This document shows, piece after piece, positions 11,030 through 18,845 of a DNA stretch of 21,247 nt. The stretch's first letter is position 1; each line of letters opens with the position of its first letter. The stretch spans positions 1-21,247 of the IMG/VR virus record IMGVR_UViG_2690316149_000020. One strand, given 5' to 3'. Under the pieces are notes generated by a model. The model worked only from the letters and a program-made list of their open reading frames with translations. It made no database searches and had not been told where the DNA came from. Made by a program: the position numbers and the translations under genes. Origin of the DNA: a virus (Duplodnaviria; Heunggongvirae; Uroviricota; Caudoviricetes).

Positions 11030-12361
11030 ATGGCTACTTGGCAAGGAACAAACGGCGGATTGTTGGCTGGTATCGGCGGCGTCAACTCAAACGCTCCGAG
11101 CGTAAATGACATCGGCAATACGCTTCAGCTTATCAGGCAGAACAATGATATTGAGCGTTCAGGCGCTAACAATGTTGGGCTGACTGCTTTGCAAGGCCTT
11201 TCAGGTATTGCGGGGGTGTTTCAGCAGGAAAAGCAGGCTCAGCGGCAGAAAGAATTTCAGCAGGCATACGCTAATGCTTATGCGTCTGGTGATCGCGGTG
11301 CTTTGCGTCAGTTGGCTACTCAATATCCAGACCAGATTGAATCCGTTCGTAAAGGCATGGGATTCATTGATGAAGACCAGCGTAATTCTATCGGTACATT
11401 AGCGGCTGGCGCACGTCTTGCGTCATCTTCTCCAGAAGCAATGCAATCATGGCTGCAAAACAACGCCGGTGAGTTAGCTCGTGTTGGCGTTAATCCTCAT
11501 GACGTCGCTCAGATGTACCAACAGAACCCGCGGCAGTTCGGCGAATTTGTCGATCACCTGGGGATGAACAGTCTCGGGCCCGAAAAATACTTTGACCTAC
11601 AGGATAAAATGCAGGGTCGCCAGGTTACCATGCGCGGTCAGGATCTGGATTCGCAAACCGCCGCTCGGAATCAGGCAATCACAATGCGCGGACAAGATAT
11701 CCAGGCGAATTTAGGTCAGCAGCGCATTAATCTGGACGCAGAAACAAACCGCATTAACAACGAAAATAAGCGCCTTGACCGGATGCTATCAGCAGAAACT
11801 AACGACCTGAAGCGCCAGGAAATACAGAGCCGCATAGCAGCCAACAACCAGCAGTTGCAGCAGAAGCAGCAAGCGCTAAATGATGGCTACAAAGACGGCA
11901 TCAACACCCTCACAACCAGCATGTTCACTCTGAACGATATCGTTAGTTCTCCTTCACTTAAGAGCATTACAGGCTTACGTGGAGTAATCCCCAACGTTCC
12001 AGGCTCACAGGCTGCAGACACTCAGGCACGACTTGATACCTTTAAATCCCAAGCATACCTGACAGCGGTTCAGGCCATGCGAGGCATGGGCGCACTTTCT
12101 GATGCCGAGGGCAAAAAGCTCGACCAGGCTGTTGGTTCGCTGCAGAACTCGCAGAGCGAGGAGTCCTTTCGTCGCAACGCTGGCGTCATCCTGAACACGC
12201 TCAACCAGAAGCGTAATGAGGCGGTTGGTAAGTACGTTCAGCAAAACGGTATCAAGCGAGTGGAAGCGCCTCAGGCTTCTATAGATTACCTGAAGCAGCA
12301 CCCCGAGCTGTCAATCGACTTCATTAATCGCTACGGATATCTTCCATCTTTGGGGCAGTAA
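11030..12361 (+). CDS. ejection (internal virion) protein, P22 gp20-position (443 aa)
   Basis: Second of three consecutive E-protein ORFs. Gln-rich with coiled-coil-like segments. Assignment is by position. Confidence 0.7.
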   Translation: MATWQGTNGGLLAGIGGVNSNAPSVNDIGNTLQLIRQNNDIERSGANNVGLTALQGLSGIAGVFQQEKQAQRQKEFQQAYANAYASGDRGALRQLATQYPDQIESVRKGMGFIDEDQRNSIGTLAAGARLASSSPEAMQSWLQNNAGELARVGVNPHDVAQMYQQNPRQFGEFVDHLGMNSLGPEKYFDLQDKMQGRQVTMRGQDLDSQTAARNQAITMRGQDIQANLGQQRINLDAETNRINNENKRLDRMLSAETNDLKRQEIQSRIAANNQQLQQKQQALNDGYKDGINTLTTSMFTLNDIVSSPSLKSITGLRGVIPNVPGSQAADTQARLDTFKSQAYLTAVQAMRGMGALSDAEGKKLDQAVGSLQNSQSEESFRRNAGVILNTLNQKRNEAVGKYVQQNGIKRVEAPQASIDYLKQHPELSIDFINRYGYLPSLGQ

Positions 12362-14755
12362 ATGGCTAATTACCGTGATTTGTTAGAGCAGGCTGGCGCA
12401 CGTTACGGTGTGCCAGAAGGGTTGATGACTGCACTGGGTGCCAAGGAGTCTTCTTACAACCCTGCCGCAGTAAGCTCCGCCGGGGCTGTAGGATTGACTC
12501 AGGTCATGCCTGGGACATGGCGTGATATGGGTTATACCGATGAGCAAATGCAAAACCCCGAATATCAGGCTGACGCTGGCGCGCGCTATCTGGCAAAGAT
12601 GTACCAGCAGTTTGGTAACTGGCGTGACGCTCTTCAGGCTTATCACGACGGTCCCGGCAACGTTATGAAGGCAAAGCGTGGTGAATATACGCCAGGACCT
12701 GAAGGCCGCGGTTACGTTGATGATCGCTTTGCTCAATGGGCGGGTGACCCGGTGACAGACTCAACAGTCGAACAGCGCGCCACCTCTGCAAAGGTACATC
12801 CTCAGCAAGACCCTAACAACCCGTTTGCACAACTGGAAGCACAGTCATCCGAACAAGTATCGGCATCAGGCGTGCAGTCAGACCCAAATAATCCATTTGC
12901 TCAGATTGAGCAGCAGGCAGCCAGTCAGCAGCCACCTCAACCCGTAAGTTCTGTCGCACCGAAACCTGTTCAGCAGCAAGGCGGAATAATGTCTGACCTT
13001 GGTAATGGACTTGCTGAAACCGGGCGCGGCTTACTACAGGCAGGAATCAACGTAGCGAACATACCTGCTGAACTCACTGATGCTGTAACAAGCGCGGCGG
13101 CTTGGGCTGGCGGTAAACTCGGCATTGGCGATGGTACATATCAACCAGCACCACGAGTAACAACGCAGGGATTAGAGCGGGACTTTGGCCTTCGGCAAGG
13201 CGCGCTGACTCCACAAACGACAGAGGGAAGGGTATTTGCTGAAGCATTGCCTTACCTCACTCCTGCTGGCGTTGAGAGAGCGGCGGTACAGGCACCAACA
13301 CTTGCTGGTCGAATTGCTCAGGGGGCAACACGACTTCTCGCAGAAAACGCAGTTGGATCACTTGCTGCAAATAGTGCGAAAGATGATGCGGAAGCACTCG
13401 CCACCGATTTAGGCGTTGGTGTACTTGCTGGCGGTGCTATTAACGCTGCTGGACGTGGATTAGGTGCTGCTTATCGTGGCGTTCGTGGTGCTATCGCGCC
13501 AGAAGCGCAGCAGGCCATCAGATTTGCAGAGCGTGAAGGAATTCCTCTGCACACCACAGACCTGTTACAACCAACTTCCCGCGTCGGAAAAATGGCGCAG
13601 ACTACAGCAGAAAATATCCCTCTGGCTGGCACAAGCGGAATGAGAGCAACGCAACAGGAAGCGAGAAGCCAGCTGGTGCAGAGATTTGCCGATAAATTCG
13701 GTGAGTATGATCCAGCGGTTGTTATTGACAGCCTTAAAGCGAAAACATCAGGAATTCGTCGTGCCGCCGGTAATCGACTGGAGCAGGTTCAGAATGCTAT
13801 GGCCGGAGTAAACATTCAGCCTGCGCGAGCAATTCAGCAGATTGATACAGAAATATCTAACCTACAGAAGCTTGGTAAGGTTGCTGATAACGAGACTATT
13901 TCAAAACTTCAGTCATATCGTGATGAGCTTATTCGCAATGCTGGCCCTGATGGTCCTGTAAATCTGGATTTGAAGCAATTAAGCGACCTGCGCAGCCAGT
14001 TCAGAATGGACGTGAAGGGTGAGCGACCAGTGTTACCAAACCGTTCCGATGCTGCAATTCAGCGCGTTTACAAGGCAATGACTGACGATATCAATGGTGC
14101 CATTGGTCAGAATCTTGGCAACGATACTCTCCGTAAATATCAGCAGGCCAATGCCGTCTATGCTGACGAAGCAGCGAAACTCAAGAATACCAGGCTGAAG
14201 AATGTTCTCATGAAAGGCGATCTGACGCCAGAAGTTGTCAACAACATGCTATTCAGCAAGAACAAATCGGAAATTAAGACGTTGTATAACTCAGTTGGTC
14301 GTGTTGGCAGGGCGCAAATGCGCAATGGCATCCTTGGAAAGGCGATGGAGAAATCTGGAGGATCCCCTGACCAGTTCCTTCGGCAGCTTAACATCCTGCA
14401 AAACCAGACTGGCATCACATTTAAGGGGCAGGACGCTGCTTATCTGAAAGGATTAAAAAACTATCTGCAATCCACGCAGCAGGCTGCAAAAGCGGCAGTA
14501 ACAACACCAACAGGGCAGCAAACCATCCCGTTCATTATCGGATATGGGACAGCAATGAACCCGGCGACAACTGGCGCAGCAGTAAGCTATGGACTTCTTA
14601 CTCGCGCCTATGAGAGCGAGCCATTCAGAAATGCAATGCTCCGAATGGCAAACACCCCACGCGGATCAACAGCGTTTGAGAAAGCCATGCAGCAAGCACA
14701 AAAGGCAATTAACGCTATGACGCAGGGGGCTAAGTCTGATGCATTGTCAGAATAG
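12362..14755 (+). CDS. ejection protein in the gp16 position with an N-terminal family-1 lytic transglycosylase (SLT) domain (797 aa)
   Basis: Third E-protein position. N-terminal motifs GAKESSYNP (catalytic Glu-Ser), GLTQVMP and AYHDGPGN follow the SLT pattern. Start is TAAATG, directly after gp20. Confidence 0.75.
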   Translation: MANYRDLLEQAGARYGVPEGLMTALGAKESSYNPAAVSSAGAVGLTQVMPGTWRDMGYTDEQMQNPEYQADAGARYLAKMYQQFGNWRDALQAYHDGPGNVMKAKRGEYTPGPEGRGYVDDRFAQWAGDPVTDSTVEQRATSAKVHPQQDPNNPFAQLEAQSSEQVSASGVQSDPNNPFAQIEQQAASQQPPQPVSSVAPKPVQQQGGIMSDLGNGLAETGRGLLQAGINVANIPAELTDAVTSAAAWAGGKLGIGDGTYQPAPRVTTQGLERDFGLRQGALTPQTTEGRVFAEALPYLTPAGVERAAVQAPTLAGRIAQGATRLLAENAVGSLAANSAKDDAEALATDLGVGVLAGGAINAAGRGLGAAYRGVRGAIAPEAQQAIRFAEREGIPLHTTDLLQPTSRVGKMAQTTAENIPLAGTSGMRATQQEARSQLVQRFADKFGEYDPAVVIDSLKAKTSGIRRAAGNRLEQVQNAMAGVNIQPARAIQQIDTEISNLQKLGKVADNETISKLQSYRDELIRNAGPDGPVNLDLKQLSDLRSQFRMDVKGERPVLPNRSDAAIQRVYKAMTDDINGAIGQNLGNDTLRKYQQANAVYADEAAKLKNTRLKNVLMKGDLTPEVVNNMLFSKNKSEIKTLYNSVGRVGRAQMRNGILGKAMEKSGGSPDQFLRQLNILQNQTGITFKGQDAAYLKGLKNYLQSTQQAAKAAVTTPTGQQTIPFIIGYGTAMNPATTGAAVSYGLLTRAYESEPFRNAMLRMANTPRGSTAFEKAMQQAQKAINAMTQGAKSDALSE

Positions 14756-14845
14756 CTTTTCAAACACCAGGAACGTGCAAAAACCAAATATGTAGAACGC
14801 GAGGTTTATCGTATCTCTCTGCATAGGCGATACCTTTGCTGATTG

Positions 14846-15331
14846 TTATCTGATGTTACTGCTACTGTTGCATGTGACTGTATTTCCAAACCCTGAATTG
14901 CAGTTTGTGTAAGTGTCAACTCGTGTTGGATAGGGTTGAGTTATAACAGGCTGTCTCGCTTTTTGCTCGATCGCTTGCATTGTGTTTACAGCCTGATAAT
15001 TCAATAAAGCCTGCTGGAATGCTTGGCTTTGTGCTATTTGTTGGGCTTGTTCTTGGCTTTGTAATTGAACATAAAGATTCTGAAGCTCAAGTCTTGCCTG
15101 TGCGTCACTTATCTTGCCTTCATCGACACTTTGCCCGAGCATCTTTGCAGCAAGGACATACAGCTTAGGTGTTGGTGCTGATGCCATGCGTGAGTCGTTC
15201 TTCACGCTGGCATCAAGGCAATTAGCCATATCGCTAAGCTTTTGATAGCGTTGTTCGCAACTTGCTTGATAGTCACTTACTTTTGCGCACCCAACCAGCA
15301 GAAGCGGGATAATTAACAGTGATTTTTTCAT
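14846..15331 (-). CDS. predicted lipoprotein (161 aa), function unknown; candidate lysogeny-expressed exclusion or conversion factor
   Basis: Internal ATG at 15329-15331 (minus) is preceded by AAGGAG about 10 nt upstream. Signal peptide MKKSLLIIPLLLVGC has lipobox LVGC, and Ala at +2 predicts outer-membrane sorting. Gln-rich mature region with several Cys. The ORF-track start at 15367 lacks an RBS. Confidence 0.65.
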   Translation of the reverse strand: MKKSLLIIPLLLVGCAKVSDYQASCEQRYQKLSDMANCLDASVKNDSRMASAPTPKLYVLAAKMLGQSVDEGKISDAQARLELQNLYVQLQSQEQAQQIAQSQAFQQALLNYQAVNTMQAIEQKARQPVITQPYPTRVDTYTNCNSGFGNTVTCNSSSNIR

Positions 15332-15401
15332 ATGGTTAACTCTCCTTAGTTTTTCACAGGATATCATGAAGGCAATGCCATTTTAGCCGGAAACTAGATT
15401 T

Positions 15402-15668
15402 CTATGTTCCCTTTTTATTATTGCTATACATGGTCTTAAGCGTTTCAAAAACCATTTTCTTAACCATATCAGATTGTTGTTCTGCTATACGCTCTGCATC
15501 GTCAATGTAAACTGATGCAGAGCTTTGTTTAGCCAATGATTCTTCAATCGCTGCAATTATCTCTGAGTTCAGCGACCTGTTATTCATCTTCGCACGCTGC
15601 TTAATTTTCGCGTGGAGTTCATGCGGAAGTCTCAAGTGAAACTGCGCCTCGTCGTATTTGCTGTACAT
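15402..15668 (-). CDS. mnt: Mnt-like ribbon-helix-helix (Arc/MetJ family) repressor (88 aa)
   Basis: C-terminal segment DDAERIAEQQSDMVKKMVFETLKTMY closely resembles the P22 Mnt tetramerisation region. An RHH core (QFHLRLPHELHAKIKQRAKMNNRSLNSEIIAAIEESL) precedes it. Start taken at the internal ATG (15666-15668) to give an Mnt-like length. Confidence 0.8.
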   Translation of the reverse strand: MYSKYDEAQFHLRLPHELHAKIKQRAKMNNRSLNSEIIAAIEESLAKQSSASVYIDDAERIAEQQSDMVKKMVFETLKTMYSNNKKGT

Positions 15669-15741
15669 CCTTGATGCCTCACCAGTTGGGTGGAATGGCA
15701 TCGTAACTTACTGGATAAATACTCAATAGTACCATTTCGGT

Positions 15742-15764
15742 ATGCAATCACATCATGGTTGCAT
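15742..15764. promoter_or_regulatory. inverted repeat ATGCAA-N11-TTGCAT upstream of the mnt-like gene; candidate operator
   Basis: Perfect 6-bp arms at 15742-15747 and 15759-15764 inside the 131-bp gap between the HNH stop and the mnt start. Its role is not established. Confidence 0.25.
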
Positions 15765-15799
15765 CATATCATTCGTCTGGAGCAATGAAATGTCAGATA

Positions 15800-16339
15800 T
15801 CACCTACCATGATTCTCATGATAACCATAGGTCTTTTCAGCCTCACGCCTTACAGCAATTGCATCATCGAGACTCTTAAAGTATCCGAGATTAATGCGCT
15901 TCCCTGCGTCGCTAATATATGCCACCCACTTTTTATGGGTCTTATGCCATGAAACACCTGCGCACCCAGATGTATTGTTTGTGTATTTAGATTTGTTTTT
16001 TAGATTTTCACCGAGACTAACTAGACGCAGGTTGTCTATTGAATTATTTAACCCATTACCATCTTTATGGTCAATTTGCATTCCTGAAGGGATTTCACCA
16101 TAAAACATTTCCCATATTATCCTATGGGCGGCGTATATTTTATCTTGATACCTGATAATTATATAAGATGTTTTCCTGTTCTTGTCCTTGAATATATGTC
16201 CTGCAGGCTTTTCTTTAGATATATTGAACATTTTGGGTCTTGAAAGATATTGGTCACTCCAGTACAGGAGTCCATCGTCTTTTAATACGAATACTTCGTT
16301 CCAGTTCATGTTAACCACCTTTAAATAAAGTTCACTCAT
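15800..16339 (-). CDS. HNH homing-type endonuclease with C-terminal AP2 DNA-binding domain (179 aa; possibly 169 aa from the ATG at 16309)
   Basis: HNH_3 motif [28 protein letters not shown], followed by an AP2-like segment [45 protein letters not shown]. Visibly AT-rich. The alternative start at 16309 has an AAGGTGG Shine-Dalgarno 5 nt upstream. Confidence 0.8.
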   Translation of the reverse strand: MSELYLKVVNMNWNEVFVLKDDGLLYWSDQYLSRPKMFNISKEKPAGHIFKDKNRKTSYIIIRYQDKIYAAHRIIWEMFYGEIPSGMQIDHKDGNGLNNSIDNLRLVSLGENLKNKSKYTNNTSGCAGVSWHKTHKKWVAYISDAGKRINLGYFKSLDDAIAVRREAEKTYGYHENHGR

Positions 16340-16396
16340 TATACAAAAAACATGCTAGCAATGAATATTGCTTGCTTAACATATAGAGAAATTAAA

Positions 16397-18637
16397 ATGA
16401 CAGATTCAATAAATGCCAATGTTGTGGTAAGCATGCCTTCGCAACTCTTCACTATGGCTCGTTCTTTTAAAGCCGTAGCCAATGGAAAAATTTATATCGG
16501 TAAAATTGACACTGACCCGGTAAACCCTGAAAACCAGATTCAGGTTTATGTGGAGAACGAAGACGGCTCTCACGTTCCTGTTTCTCAACCAATAATCATT
16601 AACGCTGCTGGATATCCGGTATATAACGGACAGATTGCCAAATTCGTAACCGTGCAAGGCCATTCTATGGCTGTTTATGATGCGTATGGTGCGCAGCAGT
16701 TCTATTTTTCGAATGTGCTGAAGTATGACCCTGACCAACTCAGGCAAGATCTTGCATCTCAAGGAGGTGTTAATCTGGTAAACGGAGCTATCTCACAGGA
16801 AGATCTTGTTTTGCAGTCGATCACAAAAATTCCAAGTTATGATAATTCTAACGTAGTCCAGGCGTGGCGCGATAGTGTTGCGACCTACGGGTATGTTTAC
16901 TTCTCTAATCATTCAAAAAATCAGATGGTGTACACCGTACCGTCTACAGCTGCTAACGCTTCTTTCCTTGCGAACAGTAAAGTAATCATTGATAAAAATG
17001 TCACCCTGAGATTCGACAGTGATCTGTACTCACTGTTTAAATCGTTGCAGTACGAGGGGGAGGGTACGTTTGAATTTACGCACCTGAACTTTAAAGCAAC
17101 CGGTGGAGAAGTGGATTATCTGGCTAAGCAGGCCATCCTCAACCGAAACCCTATTCGCATGAAGCGAGTGGAATGGTCAGATTGTAAAGTTTATTCCATA
17201 AATGGTGACACGTTCTTCTATGAAGGTGAAGTCACCATATCCTCAGATAGCGCAGCTATCTTCCCCTTAACTACTGACCGTACAACAGGCCTGTTCGCAC
17301 CAATAGATATTGGAGAGCATATTTCTGCACATATTCGTATGGAATCTCAGGCCGCCTCAGAAGTTGGGATTGTTCTGCGATGCTCTGGTGGTTGGATGAT
17401 GTTCTATGGGGCACCAGGTGCTACACAGTGGTCTTATAGACAGAAACCAATTGGTGGTCCAGTAGCAGAAGGAACTCCATTCCCGCTGCCAGGAGGTTTA
17501 CTGTCGTACGCCCCGGGCAAAGCAACCGTTGGCGTATCACTGCAAGGTAAAAACTGGGCGCAGATAACGATGAATGGCGTTGGGATACGTTTGCCCTTTG
17601 ATACTGCTGATGTAGGGGATGTATACGAAGTTGGGTTTGTTGCACTGACCACGGCATCTGGAGGTTCTGCGCGTGTAACTGGATTATGCAGCTACACCTC
17701 TGATAATGGCGTGCACGGTAAGCCTCCACTTAATATCCTTATCCACGGTGATAGTACAGCTGAGGATTTCATTTCCGCGTTCAGCTCGTACATTCCGCAA
17801 TTAATGGATGGAGCGAACGGCCACCGTTCACATAGCATTGTAAACAAGGCAGTTGCCGGACAGACAATGAGGCAACAGTTAGATCTCCTGAAGGCTCAGG
17901 GGCCGGGTGATGCTTACATCGTTATTATGGTTGCCGGAACTAACGAAGGGCAGGCAAACCAAAACGGCGATTATATGGCGTCATTGATAGATGAGTTTGT
18001 CTTATATTGCAATGGCCTTGGTCGTATCCCTGTTTGGGTTGAGCCGTGGATGTGGTATAGCCAGTCATTTATTGGAGGGGCTGGCCAGCCATCTTCTAAC
18101 TACGACGGTGTCGCAGAGTTGCGAGAAGCTGGTAAACGCCAGATGATGAAATATGGCAATAACGTCATTTGTGTAACAACAACTCACCAGCTCCCGGCCC
18201 CATATCCAGAGTATTTCAACACGCAATACGACCCACTTCTGCGTGATGACATTCACCAAAGCCAGTTAGGGTATCGTCTGTATGCGGAAATTATCTGCTC
18301 TGCCATTATCGACTGGTGGTCGCGTGTTGATTACACGCCAAGAGCAGCTGTTCAATGGTGGGCTGGAACAAACGTAACAGTACAGGCACCGTCAAGTTTA
18401 ACTGCCAATTCAATTAATATTAAACTGGCAGCCACTTCATTTGCGAATGGCAATACTGTTCTAACGCTTCCGAGGTGGTGCAGACCAAAAGTAACCAAAA
18501 ATGTCCCTGTACCGTTCACTGCTGATGGCGTTTCATTTGGCATGGCAATGGCCACCATTAATGCTTCAACAGGACAAATATCGATTGAAGGGTCCACCAC
18601 TACATCTCCAACGTTCTACATAGATGCGACATGGTAG
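16397..18637 (+). CDS. tailspike: P22 gp9-type head-binding N-terminal domain fused to a distal region with an SGNH/GDSL hydrolase (esterase) domain (746 aa)
   Basis: Start at the ATG giving [18 protein letters not shown]...[26 protein letters not shown]...VLKYDPDQ, the conserved P22 gp9 N-terminus. The ORF-track start at 16352 adds 15 non-homologous residues. SGNH blocks in order: [27 protein letters not shown]. Confidence 0.85.
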   Translation: MTDSINANVVVSMPSQLFTMARSFKAVANGKIYIGKIDTDPVNPENQIQVYVENEDGSHVPVSQPIIINAAGYPVYNGQIAKFVTVQGHSMAVYDAYGAQQFYFSNVLKYDPDQLRQDLASQGGVNLVNGAISQEDLVLQSITKIPSYDNSNVVQAWRDSVATYGYVYFSNHSKNQMVYTVPSTAANASFLANSKVIIDKNVTLRFDSDLYSLFKSLQYEGEGTFEFTHLNFKATGGEVDYLAKQAILNRNPIRMKRVEWSDCKVYSINGDTFFYEGEVTISSDSAAIFPLTTDRTTGLFAPIDIGEHISAHIRMESQAASEVGIVLRCSGGWMMFYGAPGATQWSYRQKPIGGPVAEGTPFPLPGGLLSYAPGKATVGVSLQGKNWAQITMNGVGIRLPFDTADVGDVYEVGFVALTTASGGSARVTGLCSYTSDNGVHGKPPLNILIHGDSTAEDFISAFSSYIPQLMDGANGHRSHSIVNKAVAGQTMRQQLDLLKAQGPGDAYIVIMVAGTNEGQANQNGDYMASLIDEFVLYCNGLGRIPVWVEPWMWYSQSFIGGAGQPSSNYDGVAELREAGKRQMMKYGNNVICVTTTHQLPAPYPEYFNTQYDPLLRDDIHQSQLGYRLYAEIICSAIIDWWSRVDYTPRAAVQWWAGTNVTVQAPSSLTANSINIKLAATSFANGNTVLTLPRWCRPKVTKNVPVPFTADGVSFGMAMATINASTGQISIEGSTTTSPTFYIDATW

Positions 18638-18643
18638 TAAAAA

Positions 18644-18666
18644 CATGGAGGCAATACGCCTCCATG
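18644..18666 (+). terminator. stem-loop after the tailspike gene; candidate late-operon terminator
   Basis: Perfect inverted repeat CATGGAGGC-AATAC-GCCTCCATG (9-bp stem, 5-nt loop) starting 7 bp after the tailspike stop. The downstream sequence is not T-rich, so intrinsic termination efficiency is uncertain. Confidence 0.5.
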
Positions 18667-18845
18667 CTAATAACTCAAATGCTCTTAAAATACTCTTAAG
18701 GAGATGATCAGCGCTTTTATTAACATCAACCATCTATGTGCGTTATAGGTTAATTATCTCCATGTGATGGCAGACAAAACTGAGACACACAAAGCTTTGC
18801 ACTGGATTGCAAGGCTTTGTGCTCTTAGATAGTAGTTAAGGTGGA

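Noticed and set aside
14756-14845. Possible bidirectional terminator between the convergent gp16-like gene and the lipoprotein gene
   Set aside because: Only a weak 5-bp inverted repeat (GTATC...GATAC) with a long loop is present, with no GC-rich stem or T-run. This is insufficient to call.
14846-15367. 173-aa version of the lipoprotein starting at 15367 (MISCEKLRRVNH...)
   Set aside because: There is no Shine-Dalgarno upstream, and the extra 12 residues would bury the signal peptide. The internal ATG has a consensus AAGGAG and yields a canonical lipoprotein N-terminus.
14980-16103. Plus-strand ORFs 14980..15168, 15755..15952 and 15894..16103 within the accessory island
   Set aside because: Each is antisense to and contained within a better-supported minus-strand gene (lipoprotein or HNH endonuclease), and none has a recognisable motif.
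16352-16396. Upstream 15-codon extension of the tailspike ([15 protein letters not shown])
   Set aside because: The conserved P22 tailspike N-terminus begins at [11 protein letters not shown] (16397). The extension has no homology and lies in the divergent intergenic region.
18690-18735. Mini-ORF (MISAFININHLCAL) next to an AAGGAG motif in the tailspike-int spacer
   Set aside because: The AAGGAG abuts the ATG with zero spacing, so it cannot act as a Shine-Dalgarno for that codon. A 14-aa peptide with no other support is most likely a chance ORF.
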